Source: a virus (Duplodnaviria > Caudoviricetes). From it: 64,000 bases of DNA. This document shows positions 38,697 through 47,896 of this stretch, in pieces. The position numbers were made by a program, and so were the translations under genes. The stretch is from the IMG/VR virus record IMGVR_UViG_2894625894_000003, positions 1-64,000 of that record; one strand, 5' to 3'. The notes under the pieces were generated by a model. The model did not search any database. It was not told the origin of the DNA and was given only the letters and a program-made list of their open reading frames with translations. How positions within the stretch are numbered: the first letter of the stretch is position 1; every line of letters begins with the position of its first letter.

Positions 38697-39090
38697 CTGT
38701 AAAGATCCAGATGGAACCAGTCACTTATTTGCTCTTATTCCCATATTTGATAATACAGAGGTCTATGATGTCTACGTTGGGTTAAAAGATCCTTCAATCA
38801 GTATATTCTCCTTTACCTGGCCATTTGGTGAGAATCAGTATGTTTGGATTACCAAACGGGTTACCAAACTTATTGGTGAAGTTGGTAAGCCCGGTGTGGC
38901 TGAAGCCGTATTCGGATCTCTGGATAAACCAGATTTACGATCTGTATGGATCCAAGGAGAAACCAATCAATTGGCTGGCTACTCCCTCCCTCTTTCCCCA
39001 AAGCATGCTTTGGACATGACCATTCGACAACTGGGGTTACTTGGGGAAAATGATACCCCATCCCGGATTGTGGTTTTACAACTAGAATGA
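38674..39090 (+). CDS. hypothetical protein
   Basis: ATG at 38674 overlaps the upstream gene end. Confidence 0.6.
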   Translation: MNSAFYLDCKDPDGTSHLFALIPIFDNTEVYDVYVGLKDPSISIFSFTWPFGENQYVWITKRVTKLIGEVGKPGVAEAVFGSLDKPDLRSVWIQGETNQLAGYSLPLSPKHALDMTIRQLGLLGENDTPSRIVVLQLE

Positions 39091-39695
39091 CACATACTTC
39101 CGAATTGATTGTTGAGCTACTGGTTAACCATTTCGAAAAAGAAGACCAGGGAAGTTATGACCTCTCTCCCATCGTGTTTGAAAACGGGTGGACAGTACAC
39201 GGTGTATTTCGGAATGAGGATAAAACATGGTCAGTCAGTTACAGCACTCCCCATCTCTTTGGAGCCATGGATGACATAGAAATCCAGTATCTCTGTGAAG
39301 AGGAACTGTTCCTGTTGGCCAATGCCTTTATTCCAATCGCTACCCCAGTCTTTGCCGAAGGCATTCCGATTTACGGAGAAGATGTCAAAGGACTTCCCAT
39401 GGGTATGTATCTGGGTTTATTTCACGGTTTTGTTTCTGAACTAGACCGTCAACGTAAACAAGACTGGGGCTCCTGTGGACCAATTATAGGACCACTTTCG
39501 TATGCACAAAACACCTATAGAGGGCATCTGAAATACCAATTTGCCATTGGATACGAGGACCGAGCCAAACTATACGGACTGGAACCTGAAGGGATGCTCG
39601 ATATTACCGAAGGTGTTCTTCAGTACCAGGGTTTCGGATACGGTGACTGGACATGCCACCCGGTTAATCTTCCTGAAAAAACTAACAACCAATAA
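39087..39695 (+). CDS. hypothetical protein
   Basis: ATGA coupling; GMYLGLFHG and YGDW motifs. Confidence 0.7.
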   Translation: MTHTSELIVELLVNHFEKEDQGSYDLSPIVFENGWTVHGVFRNEDKTWSVSYSTPHLFGAMDDIEIQYLCEEELFLLANAFIPIATPVFAEGIPIYGEDVKGLPMGMYLGLFHGFVSELDRQRKQDWGSCGPIIGPLSYAQNTYRGHLKYQFAIGYEDRAKLYGLEPEGMLDITEGVLQYQGFGYGDWTCHPVNLPEKTNNQ

Positions 39696-39703
39696 TACCA
39701 ATT

Positions 39704-39970
39704 ATGTCAAGTACCCAACAAGTGTCCCGTCGCCGGCCCCTTACGGAAAATGAACGTAGACAGATCAACCCCCTACTTCGCCGGTTTTACGGGGATCGGG
39801 AGGATCAGGATCGTAAAGTGGACGGATTTAAACCCGCTGACTGGTTCAACGTCGATGAGCACAAATTAGTCAGTGGAGATCTGCTGTACGTCAAGAAGCT
39901 ACCGGCCACCCGCCAACAAGTAGCCGGATTTTACTGGTGGATCTCCAGTCCGGACCTGGTCCATGCTTAG
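39704..39970 (+). CDS. hypothetical protein
   Basis: ORF packing. Confidence 0.6.
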   Translation: MSSTQQVSRRRPLTENERRQINPLLRRFYGDREDQDRKVDGFKPADWFNVDEHKLVSGDLLYVKKLPATRQQVAGFYWWISSPDLVHA

Positions 39971-40916
39971 TCTGGAAACAGCCCTGACCGAAAACGTTAC
40001 CTACCTTCGAGCCGACCTGGTTGGAGACCGCTGGACTGGATTGCCAGTTGGAGATCTGCAGCAGGCTGCCCGGCAAGGTCAGAATGTAATGCTGGTCGAT
40101 GCCTCGGTCCGCAAGAACATCCTCTACCCTGCTTTTTTGCTGGAAGAGCTCTGCGGCTGTACTGATGCCGGCCAATATCCGCACATGAGCCTGGCTCATT
40201 CAGATTCGGACATGAACCAGTTACCTCCCATTTCTAACTATGACTGGGAACTACTCAGCCGGTTTCATGGCAGTTGGTATACGGCCCTCTATGACTACCT
40301 ACATACCGACGAATTCAAACAGATTCTCCGGGACATCTCCCAGTTACGGAAAAAGGAGACAGTTTTTCCGGATGTCCACCAGATGTTTGCTGCTTTCCTG
40401 ATGCCCTTGCAAAAAATCAAAGGTGTCTGGATGGGGCCAGGTCCGTTAAATCAGCCAGGTTTAGCCAATGGACGATTATGGGCTATAGACGGCGGGGGCA
40501 GGCTTTGGACAAAATCCTCACTGTATAAATCGGTAGAAATTAGTTTAATCCAGGAATGTATACGAAAAACAGCAAATCTCTCGTTTAACTGGGAATTACG
40601 GGGAGATTTAGTAAATTTGACCCAGCAAGGTGTTTTCTTGTTACAGGCGGGACTTACCGGTAACAAATCCCCTTTAGCCCACCTGAGTATTTGGAAACCA
40701 TTTACCCAGCAAATCGTAACTATTTTAAACAATCGTCCAGGTCTTGGATGGATTCTGTTCGGATCCGATGCCCAGAGCTGGCATAGCGCAATCAACCCGG
40801 ACCATGCCGTCTGGACACTGTCACATCCCCTCCAATACGTACGTCAGGGTATTAGCCTGGACACCGACGTATTTGTTCAATTTGCCGAACAAATCGGCAT
40901 CTCCTATGACGACTAA
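39963..40916 (+). CDS. family-1 uracil-DNA glycosylase homolog with degenerate catalytic motif
   Basis: VFP, FAAF, ANG, QQGVFLL, WKPFT, LFG and SHP align with UNG; GQDPY is replaced by GPGPL. Confidence 0.75.
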   Translation: MLSLETALTENVTYLRADLVGDRWTGLPVGDLQQAARQGQNVMLVDASVRKNILYPAFLLEELCGCTDAGQYPHMSLAHSDSDMNQLPPISNYDWELLSRFHGSWYTALYDYLHTDEFKQILRDISQLRKKETVFPDVHQMFAAFLMPLQKIKGVWMGPGPLNQPGLANGRLWAIDGGGRLWTKSSLYKSVEISLIQECIRKTANLSFNWELRGDLVNLTQQGVFLLQAGLTGNKSPLAHLSIWKPFTQQIVTILNNRPGLGWILFGSDAQSWHSAINPDHAVWTLSHPLQYVRQGISLDTDVFVQFAEQIGISYDD

Positions 40917-41688
40917 TCAGATTGCAACCAAGGAAGATTTCCTGACCAACTGGCAACCCTACCTGGTCAGCCAGGAAATCGACTTTGGCCTCGTTGATAA
41001 AAAACATTTTAACCGGCAACGACAGGAAGTCACCCTGTTTTCGACGGAGGTCCGGGCTCAGACATTTATTGTAGTAAATAACCTGGTCTACAAGTTAACC
41101 CAGCGAAAAGAGGACCTCGAATTTAATATTAGAGGTCAGTACGGAATTGCCGTCAAACTGCCATTCGAGGAAGAGTATTTCCGGCCAGTACCGCTCTTCC
41201 AGCTAAACACCATTGATCAACCCCCAGTTGCCGACGTTACCCAATCCATCAATACGGTTTCAGCCGGCACCCAGGTTGATTTATACTCTGCCGTAGCAAC
41301 CATGGAAGCCGTGGTGGATTCAGTACCGGGGGATGATGCTTTCAATGTCTTCCTGGACAAACAGCTCAATCAGATCCGGCATATCCTCATTGTCAAAGCC
41401 CGGGAATACGTCCGCAACAACAATCGCTGGCACAACTTCGAATCCATTGGAGGGCTCAATATGGAGACCCCCGAACGGGCTCTTTGGGGACTGGTTTCCA
41501 AACAGATCATTTCCCTTCGGGATATTGTGCTGGATCTGGAAAACCGTCAGATTACTCCGACTCAGGCCATGATCGATGAAAAGTGTGGGGACGTGGAGGT
41601 CTATACCCTTTTATTACACGGATTATTCAACAAACGAATTGTAGATAATGCCGGCAGGCTTTCCGAAGCAGCCAACCAGGCGGCATAA
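40906..41688 (+). CDS. protein with C-terminal nucleotide-modification-associated/MazG-like helical domain
   Basis: KAREY..NRWHNF, K.ISL.D, EKCGDVEVY..LL. Confidence 0.6.
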   Translation: MTTNQIATKEDFLTNWQPYLVSQEIDFGLVDKKHFNRQRQEVTLFSTEVRAQTFIVVNNLVYKLTQRKEDLEFNIRGQYGIAVKLPFEEEYFRPVPLFQLNTIDQPPVADVTQSINTVSAGTQVDLYSAVATMEAVVDSVPGDDAFNVFLDKQLNQIRHILIVKAREYVRNNNRWHNFESIGGLNMETPERALWGLVSKQIISLRDIVLDLENRQITPTQAMIDEKCGDVEVYTLLLHGLFNKRIVDNAGRLSEAANQAA

Positions 41689-41696
41689 CTACTATA

Positions 41697-41723
41697 TACC
41701 CGGTTGGTCTTTCTGACCGGGTA
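41697..41723 (+). promoter_or_regulatory. intercistronic hairpin
   Basis: TACCCGGTTGG-TCTTT-CTGACCGGGTA, no U-tract. Confidence 0.45.
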
Positions 41724-41733
41724 ATACAACTCT

Positions 41734-42231
41734 ATGAACAGAAGACAATTTAAACTAACCAAAACATACCCGGGTTCACCTCCTGAAAATACAATACGGG
41801 AATATGCCTGGACAGGAAGCCTGAACGCACCCCCCTACTTGGCTAGTCAGCGAGAATTTAGAGAATGTATAACCTTTCCCGAATTCTGGCAGGAAATTGA
41901 TGTAGCTACACCCACCGTGATATTAACTACTCAGGATGGAGTAGCCATTACGGATCCGGAACAGCCCGTATACTGGTTACAGTGCATGCATAACTGGCAA
42001 CGGGACAAATGGGTAGCCCGGCAATGTTTTACCAAAGACTGGTCGGGAGAAGAACAGCCCAAGAAACGGTTAACAGATCCTAACTACAAGGCCTTCTCTA
42101 CGGTGGAGGCACTGGAAGTTTATGAATACTGGAACCGGCCCCGGGTATCGTATACGGTCATTAATGGTTTGTTAGAACGGTTTAACCCCGATTTGATTCG
42201 AGACCAGCTCCAACAATTAATCCATGCGTAA
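41734..42231 (+). CDS. hypothetical protein (YPGSP / TxDGV motifs)
   Basis: KLTKTYPGSP, FPEFWQE, TQDGV, FST. Confidence 0.7.
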   Translation: MNRRQFKLTKTYPGSPPENTIREYAWTGSLNAPPYLASQREFRECITFPEFWQEIDVATPTVILTTQDGVAITDPEQPVYWLQCMHNWQRDKWVARQCFTKDWSGEEQPKKRLTDPNYKAFSTVEALEVYEYWNRPRVSYTVINGLLERFNPDLIRDQLQQLIHA

Positions 42232-42595
42232 GCCAGTCGTTAAACCCCTAAATGCTGGTGATACGGTATATCGGTTGACCCGGCGTGGCGTAAGTGAACA
42301 TGTGGTTGTCGATGTCTGGAAACATATCGTGAGTATTCGAATAAACCACGGTATAGTCAAACTGAATCGATACCTGGTTGATGGTGAAAAAGCAAGAAAC
42401 AGTTCCGACACGTACCGTACTCATACCTTCTACCGGAACCGAAGCCATCCCGATCTGGAACCCTATCCCACAAATCAGCAACGGGATCAGATTAACGGGT
42501 TACTGGCTAAACTTCGATATGAAGTGAGAAACAAAACCACCCAGAGCCGGCTGGCAGTAATTTACCGGATGTTAAATCAACTTGTTAATACCTAA
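42224..42595 (+). CDS. hypothetical basic protein
   Basis: ORF packing. Confidence 0.65.
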   Translation: MRKPVVKPLNAGDTVYRLTRRGVSEHVVVDVWKHIVSIRINHGIVKLNRYLVDGEKARNSSDTYRTHTFYRNRSHPDLEPYPTNQQRDQINGLLAKLRYEVRNKTTQSRLAVIYRMLNQLVNT

Positions 42596-42604
42596 TTTAT
42601 CGAG

Positions 42605-43096
42605 ATGGATTACCCATTACTGTTACCTAGTGACCCCTATTTACCCCTGGTTACCGAATTTTACCAGGCAAGTCAGACACCCTTTCTATCCCGTCCGGCT
42701 TTTCCATCGGTGGCCCGGCAAGAGTTACGGGCAAGACTGCTTCAGGAAGAGCTGGACGAATACATTGAAGCACTCCGGGAAGGAAATTTAACTAAGGTCC
42801 TGGACGCCCTGGCCGATTTGCAATATATCCTGACAGGCACCGTTTTAGAGTTCGGCATGGGGACTGTCTTTGTTCCCGCTTTCCGTGAAGTTCAACGGTC
42901 AAATATGAGCAAATTCTGCATCACTGACCAGGAGGTTACCGATACCATCGAATCATATCGTTCAAAGGGCATAGAAACCAAGTCAGTAACAACTGGTAAC
43001 CAAACAGTTATACTCCGTACAGAAGACGAAAAAATACTCAAATCTGTGCAATACTCTCCTGCAGAATTAGCTAAATTTGTTCAAAGCGACAACTAA
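42605..43096 (+). CDS. MazG-like/PRA-PH NTP pyrophosphohydrolase
   Basis: LLQEELDE, DALADLQY, EVQRSNMSK, KILKS. Confidence 0.88.
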   Translation: MDYPLLLPSDPYLPLVTEFYQASQTPFLSRPAFPSVARQELRARLLQEELDEYIEALREGNLTKVLDALADLQYILTGTVLEFGMGTVFVPAFREVQRSNMSKFCITDQEVTDTIESYRSKGIETKSVTTGNQTVILRTEDEKILKSVQYSPAELAKFVQSDN

Positions 43097-43100
43097 AACA

Positions 43101-43280
43101 ATGGGCAACGATACTAAAACAGATAGTAGGTCACAGGAGGATACCATTCAGGTTGAGTGCAGTACGGGTAGAAATAACCAGATTACTAAGCTCCAGGTTC
43201 GTGTTGAGGGAAGAATGGACCCCGAGGCAATTTGCCGATTGTTAGATGAAGCCAAGATTCAGTTACTGGCGGCTGACTAG
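43101..43280 (+). CDS. small hypothetical protein, last gene of the + arm
   Basis: ATG at 43101 after an A-rich spacer. Confidence 0.55.
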   Translation: MGNDTKTDSRSQEDTIQVECSTGRNNQITKLQVRVEGRMDPEAICRLLDEAKIQLLAAD

Positions 43281-43299
43281 GTAGTGCACTATAAACAGA

Positions 43300-43326
43300 A
43301 AAAGGGTCCTGTATAAGGACCCTTTT
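43300..43326. terminator. bidirectional intrinsic terminator
   Basis: AAAAGGGTCCT-GTATA-AGGACCCTTTT between convergent arms. Confidence 0.8.
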
Positions 43327-43337
43327 GAGACAACAAC

Positions 43338-43368
43338 AGGAAGTGGCTATAGCCCCACTTCCTTTTTT
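43338..43368 (+). terminator. second intrinsic terminator
   Basis: AGGAAGTGG-N8-CCACTTCCT followed by TTTTT. Confidence 0.75.
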
Positions 43369-43381
43369 ATTTTAATTGGGT

Positions 43382-44530
43382 TCAGGAACCGGTCAACCGA
43401 AACGAACGGGTTTCGAGAAAACCGATAAGTAGCTCTGCAATGGCCTGCTGGCCTGCAACGTTCCAGTGAACCCGGTTACCGGAAGTCGACGAGTCTGTTG
43501 TGGTGAAATACGTATCGCCTACATTGGAAAAAGCTGATCCCAGATTGAGGTACATTACTTTTGAAGGCTGATTAAACTGAGCAACAACCTGGGCATCAAT
43601 GGCCCGGATATAACCTGCCAGGGTTTCACCCGATGAACCGGCTGAACGAGGACCAGGTCCCAGGATAATCAAGGGGGCCTCATACTGTTTTAGCCAGTCA
43701 TTGATAAATCTATTCAGATTTACACGGTAGGCAGCCGTATCCGAATCATTGGTTCCTAATGCCCATAGGCCCAGGGAGGGATCTTTGATCCCTTGTAACC
43801 GTCCTCCTCCCCTGATCTTGTCAAATAAGACAGAGCTTTGTCCAGCAGCGGATTTGTCGACCAGGTGGATTGGTTGATTTTTACCTTTAAAGTAAGCCTT
43901 GAGTCGCCAAGTCCAAACTTCCCATCGAGAGGTAATGCCGGCTACGGATGTACCCTCCGTATTAGAATCGCCATAGATATACAGATGGTAGGGAGCTTCA
44001 TAGTCATTGTCAGCACTGGCCGTATAACCATGAACACCAAAACCCAAAGCACCTCGCCGGGTTGTATCCGTCTTGCCCTGCAGTCGAAGGGAAATGGCAC
44101 CATCTCCGCCATAAATGACGGCATTGGCTGGGTAGCTATTGCTGCCTGTATAGAGTTGAAGATCTCCCGAGTTGGGACGGCCCATACTCACCCGGGCGAA
44201 TACGGGGATGGTTGTTCCTAACGTGTAGTGGTCGATATACCACTTTTTGGTAATGGGTGGATTGAAACCACCTACGGTAACCGGACTACCAAACGTACCG
44301 AACGATAAGGTGGATGAATTGGCGACAGTTGTGGTAGTAGAAGCCGGAAAACCTGTGGGATAGGTAAGACCTGCCGTCTCCAGGTCCAGTCCTTCGATAC
44401 GTATCCGTTCAGCTTCGGTATAGTTGACGGTTCGAACGGTATTCAGTAAGGTAGTGGGAAAACCGCTTGACTGGCCCTTCGACAAAAGGGGAAGGATCAG
44501 CAGCAGACAAAGGGAAAGGTATTTGAACAT
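43382..44530 (-). CDS. SGNH/GDSL hydrolase with Sec signal peptide
   Basis: YGDSNT, AAG, LGTND, VHWNVAG; N-terminus MFKYLSLCLLLILPLLSKG|Q. Confidence 0.85.
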   Translation of the reverse strand: MFKYLSLCLLLILPLLSKGQSSGFPTTLLNTVRTVNYTEAERIRIEGLDLETAGLTYPTGFPASTTTTVANSSTLSFGTFGSPVTVGGFNPPITKKWYIDHYTLGTTIPVFARVSMGRPNSGDLQLYTGSNSYPANAVIYGGDGAISLRLQGKTDTTRRGALGFGVHGYTASADNDYEAPYHLYIYGDSNTEGTSVAGITSRWEVWTWRLKAYFKGKNQPIHLVDKSAAGQSSVLFDKIRGGGRLQGIKDPSLGLWALGTNDSDTAAYRVNLNRFINDWLKQYEAPLIILGPGPRSAGSSGETLAGYIRAIDAQVVAQFNQPSKVMYLNLGSAFSNVGDTYFTTTDSSTSGNRVHWNVAGQQAIAELLIGFLETRSFRLTGS

Positions 44531-44543
44531 GAGCTACCGGTTG

Positions 44544-44813
44544 TTAACCGTTTGGATTAAATAAGCCAGCCAGGTCTCGTAGCTGAGCATCAAGTTGGGA
44601 TGGATCAATGGTATTACCGTTTTCATCCACCAGGGTATCCTTAATAATGCCGGATTTCTGCCCAGAGAGTAGTAGGGAGTCCGCCAGATAAACAACAGGA
44701 CGGAATACGGCGGCCAGGTCCATAATTGTCTGGAGCTGACTACCCGAAATGGTAAACTGATCCTCTTTGTTCCAGGTAGAGGTACGATGAATGGTGGTGG
44801 GCTGTTGGGCCAT
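44544..44813 (-). CDS. hypothetical protein
   Basis: ATG at 44813 (MAQQPTT...). Confidence 0.7.
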   Translation of the reverse strand: MAQQPTTIHRTSTWNKEDQFTISGSQLQTIMDLAAVFRPVVYLADSLLLSGQKSGIIKDTLVDENGNTIDPSQLDAQLRDLAGLFNPNG

Positions 44814-44815
44814 AA

Positions 44816-44879
44816 AGCAGGTTTTTAGTATACAATCGGTCGTAACAAGTAGAACCCAAAAATACACCAAAAACCTGCT
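44816..44879 (-). promoter_or_regulatory. 18-bp RNA stem abutting a start codon
   Basis: AGCAGGTTTTTGGTGTAT/GTATACTAAAAACCTGCT, fully paired with three G-U pairs on the - strand only. Confidence 0.6.
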
Positions 44880-44904
44880 GACCCCAGTACCCGAAAGTCG
44901 GTAC

Positions 44905-45096
44905 CTATTCCACCTTAATACATCCCGGAAAAACAGTACAGTTGGCTAGACGACGGATTTTGTTTCGAACAGCCCCGTCTTCCAGGAAAACGGCTACTTC
45001 GGGAATGGCCAGTACATTAGCCTGTTTGATGATAATATCAGCCAGCTGATCCTTGGTCAGGGCTGTTAACTGGCTACGTTGGGTGTAGATCTGCAT
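44905..45096 (-). CDS. small hypothetical protein
   Basis: ORF packing. Confidence 0.6.
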   Translation of the reverse strand: MQIYTQRSQLTALTKDQLADIIIKQANVLAIPEVAVFLEDGAVRNKIRRLANCTVFPGCIKVE

Positions 45097-45107
45097 GGGT
45101 GTGTGGA

Positions 45108-45611
45108 TTAGGCTTCAGTTTCGCCAGGAGTCTCATCCGGCTCTGGTGTTGGGGCAACGTAACCCCCATATTTATTTCGGCTTACGGACCGGTTCATTTC
45201 CCGCAGCAGGAATGATCGGATGATTTCCCACAGTGTCGTATTATCGGAGATAACCATTCCCATGTCCCGAAGTTTACCCAGCGTCAGGCTTTGGAACCAG
45301 GCTTTCTGGGAGATGGCATCAGGAGTCCCTTCTTCAACAAGATCCCCCACCTCATTGACGAACGATTCCTGAGTTGTGGTTAATACAACAATGGGCTGAG
45401 AACTGGCCAGGTAGGCCTGACGAGTGGCCGAGTCATAGTTCAGGTTTTGGGCGGCAGCCTGATACGTTTCCCCGGTTTGCAGTAAAGGGTGGCATTCGGT
45501 TCGCTGGATCAACTCGCCATACCGATTGATCATAAAATAGTCGTTGATGACTATACGGTCCTGGGCAGATCCAGGAAGCGTAGGGGCAGGTATACTGATT
45601 AACTCGCTCAT
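45108..45611 (-). CDS. hypothetical protein, possible fibre chaperone
   Basis: ATG at 45611 directly after the collagen-like gene. Confidence 0.65.
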   Translation of the reverse strand: MSELISIPAPTLPGSAQDRIVINDYFMINRYGELIQRTECHPLLQTGETYQAAAQNLNYDSATRQAYLASSQPIVVLTTTQESFVNEVGDLVEEGTPDAISQKAWFQSLTLGKLRDMGMVISDNTTLWEIIRSFLLREMNRSVSRNKYGGYVAPTPEPDETPGETEA

Positions 45612-45613
45612 AA

Positions 45614-46531
45614 TTATGTGAAGGAAATGTACGATAAGGTGCCGGCATCGTTCCAATACAATCGCCTCCAGCCGGCACTTGTGTTTTTGACTAACCGAAA
45701 GGTCCCATTGACAATATCAGTAGCCGTGGGATCCTGGGTTATAACTAGGGGGCTAACGGGCACCCAGCTGCCGCTTACATAAAACAACATGTCCCCCGGG
45801 TTCCCAACTGGTAAATTGCTCTCGCCTTTTTCGCCTACAGCCACTACGGTCGATCCTGGAGCTATGGTATTACCCGCCCCCATACCAATAGAGCTGGTTC
45901 GTTGCAGATAAACCGTTTGTGTACCCAGTTTACCGGCAACCTTGTAGTAGCCGCCGGGGGATCCAGTGGCCACATTGAAGATGTAGAGGTTCATTCCCTG
46001 AGCAACCCAAACATTTGTTGCCAAAGAAACGGTAGCCAAGGCACCCATCACGGCTGGCTGGGTAAAGGCGGCTGCTAGGGTTGAATACGCCCCAATACCC
46101 GTAGCTCCTGTATCTCCCTTTGGACCCGGCACCAGGCTGGCATCACCCTTTGGAATACCCAAGCTAAGTACCTGATTGGGTGGGGTACCCGTTACTTCAG
46201 CCGTTGCCTGAGCCCCCGGAGCCAGGGTAGAAACTGTTCCAATAGTTAATTTAGCCGGAGGTCCAGCAGGACCTGGTTCACCAGGAATGCTTTCCCCTGC
46301 CGGCCCTTGTGGACCAGTAGGCCCTTCTGGTCCCTGTATACTGTTTAGGTAATCAGAAAAGCTGGCCCCTGGGTTGTGTTCGACATACTGTTCATAAGCA
46401 GTCTTTCCTGGAAGCCCCTGGGGGCCTCTGGAACCTACCTGATTAGTTTGTTGACGGGCTTCCAGTGTGGCAACCCGCTGACTTAACTGGGTAACAAGTC
46501 CAGCTAGTGAGTCTTCAGTGATGTTTGCCAT
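45614..46531 (-). CDS. collagen-like fibre protein
   Basis: GPQGLPG, GPEGPTGPQGPAG and GPKGDTGATG repeats; LTIGTVSTL..GIPKG. Confidence 0.85.
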   Translation of the reverse strand: MANITEDSLAGLVTQLSQRVATLEARQQTNQVGSRGPQGLPGKTAYEQYVEHNPGASFSDYLNSIQGPEGPTGPQGPAGESIPGEPGPAGPPAKLTIGTVSTLAPGAQATAEVTGTPPNQVLSLGIPKGDASLVPGPKGDTGATGIGAYSTLAAAFTQPAVMGALATVSLATNVWVAQGMNLYIFNVATGSPGGYYKVAGKLGTQTVYLQRTSSIGMGAGNTIAPGSTVVAVGEKGESNLPVGNPGDMLFYVSGSWVPVSPLVITQDPTATDIVNGTFRLVKNTSAGWRRLYWNDAGTLSYISFT

Positions 46532-46941
46532 TATCGTTTAAGTTGGCCCATTCGGGCGTAAGGCCCCCGGCCAAAAATGCGGACAGCCAGGTAGCGAAGG
46601 TGGTTATCGACCCAGCTTCGGGGCAAGGGTCGGAGGTGTTTCATCAGGAGTAAAAATTCCCGGTCCGCGTCTGCCCGGCTTAGCAGATGGGAAGCGTACA
46701 GATAATCATGGACTACATCCGCTAAAATGTGGTCCCCAACCGGAGGAAAGATCCACCAGAGAAGTTTTGGCACTGAGGCAAAGTCGGTACAAAACCCAGC
46801 TGGTATAGTCAGAGTTAACCCTGTTGATAAAGTAATTACTAGGGATTCTACTAGCCAGAAACATTGCCGACTCTGCCCTTGACGATCCTCAGTATACGTT
46901 GGATATTGGACGGCTACATAACGGGGTAAGATTGGGGTCAT
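46531..46941 (-). CDS. DUF1353 protein
   Basis: IPAGFCTDFASVP, VHDYLY, AD..F, YLAVRIFG. Confidence 0.85.
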   Translation of the reverse strand: MTPILPRYVAVQYPTYTEDRQGQSRQCFWLVESLVITLSTGLTLTIPAGFCTDFASVPKLLWWIFPPVGDHILADVVHDYLYASHLLSRADADREFLLLMKHLRPLPRSWVDNHLRYLAVRIFGRGPYARMGQLKR

Positions 46942-47219
46942 TATGTCCGGGCGACCAGAGGGGAAGCATAATAATTTTCCCCATCATAAAAGGTTAGGGA
47001 TTGACCAAAGTCTTCGTCTTCGGTCAGAATAAAAATGGCGGGTTGGCCTTCAATCACCATAGTACGGGCACTGGTCAGAGTGGTTGTTACGGATACAGTC
47101 GGCCTGGTTTCTTCCAGGCCCAACACCTTTTTGAGGAGTTCAATAATTAGCCGATATAAACCATCCGGGGATTTATCGACCTGTCCGGGTCGGAGCAACA
47201 GGCAAGCAGGGGTGTTCAT
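46941..47219 (-). CDS. small virion-module protein
   Basis: ATG at 47219; KVLGLE motif; C-half resembles 51087-51317. Confidence 0.6.
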   Translation of the reverse strand: MNTPACLLLRPGQVDKSPDGLYRLIIELLKKVLGLEETRPTVSVTTTLTSARTMVIEGQPAIFILTEDEDFGQSLTFYDGENYYASPLVART

Positions 47220-47279
47220 AGACGCAGTGGGTAAGCCGAACAATCCAACATAAGTTATAGGAAGAGTTGTCCGAAAGAC

Positions 47280-47852
47280 TTATTCATTACCGGTTGTTGG
47301 GGTTTGTTCGGATTCCGGGATGGTTTCTTCTTCAGGAACAGAAGGTTCCGAAGGCTCACCGTCCCCTGGATCTTCATCGAATGGTTCATCCAATGGATCG
47401 GTTTCTTCTGCCAGTTCCTCTACAGGCTCCTCGGGCTGGGGTTGCGGCTCTGGTGTCGGTTCAGGCTCAGATTCTGGTTCGACTACCGCAACAATAGGCG
47501 GCTTAAACTCCGGCATGGTGCCCCCGTTAGCCACAATGACATCTGCTAGAACATCCGGTTCAAGCTGCATGATCAGACCAGCTACGGCGTACATCGTTTC
47601 TGGTTTCAATGTTCGTTTGGGGAGCCAGTCCACGAACGGGGTAATGATTTCTCCCGTGGCCAGGAATCGGTAGTTGGATCGAACAACGGCCTGACCCGTA
47701 TACGTTCGGCTTATAACACGCTGATTGGTGTCGGCTTCAACGACAATGTCAACGATTTCATCATCGAGCAATTGTTGAATCTGTTCAGGGGACAGGAATT
47801 TCCAGTTAGCACGGAGCATTTCCACCGTGTCCAGTACTAGGGTTGGAGACAT
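47280..47852 (-). CDS. hypothetical protein with Glu/Pro-rich tail
   Basis: EPE low-complexity C-terminus. Confidence 0.75.
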   Translation of the reverse strand: MSPTLVLDTVEMLRANWKFLSPEQIQQLLDDEIVDIVVEADTNQRVISRTYTGQAVVRSNYRFLATGEIITPFVDWLPKRTLKPETMYAVAGLIMQLEPDVLADVIVANGGTMPEFKPPIVAVVEPESEPEPTPEPQPQPEEPVEELAEETDPLDEPFDEDPGDGEPSEPSVPEEETIPESEQTPTTGNE

Positions 47853-47896
47853 TATGGTAATTGGTTAAAGGGAGAGGTTACCGACCAGATCGGCAG

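Noticed and set aside
46100-46430. Gly-X-Y repeats as a DNA repeat array, CRISPR or DGR element
   Set aside because: They are explained by collagen coding; no reverse transcriptase, template/variable repeat pair or spacer array was seen.
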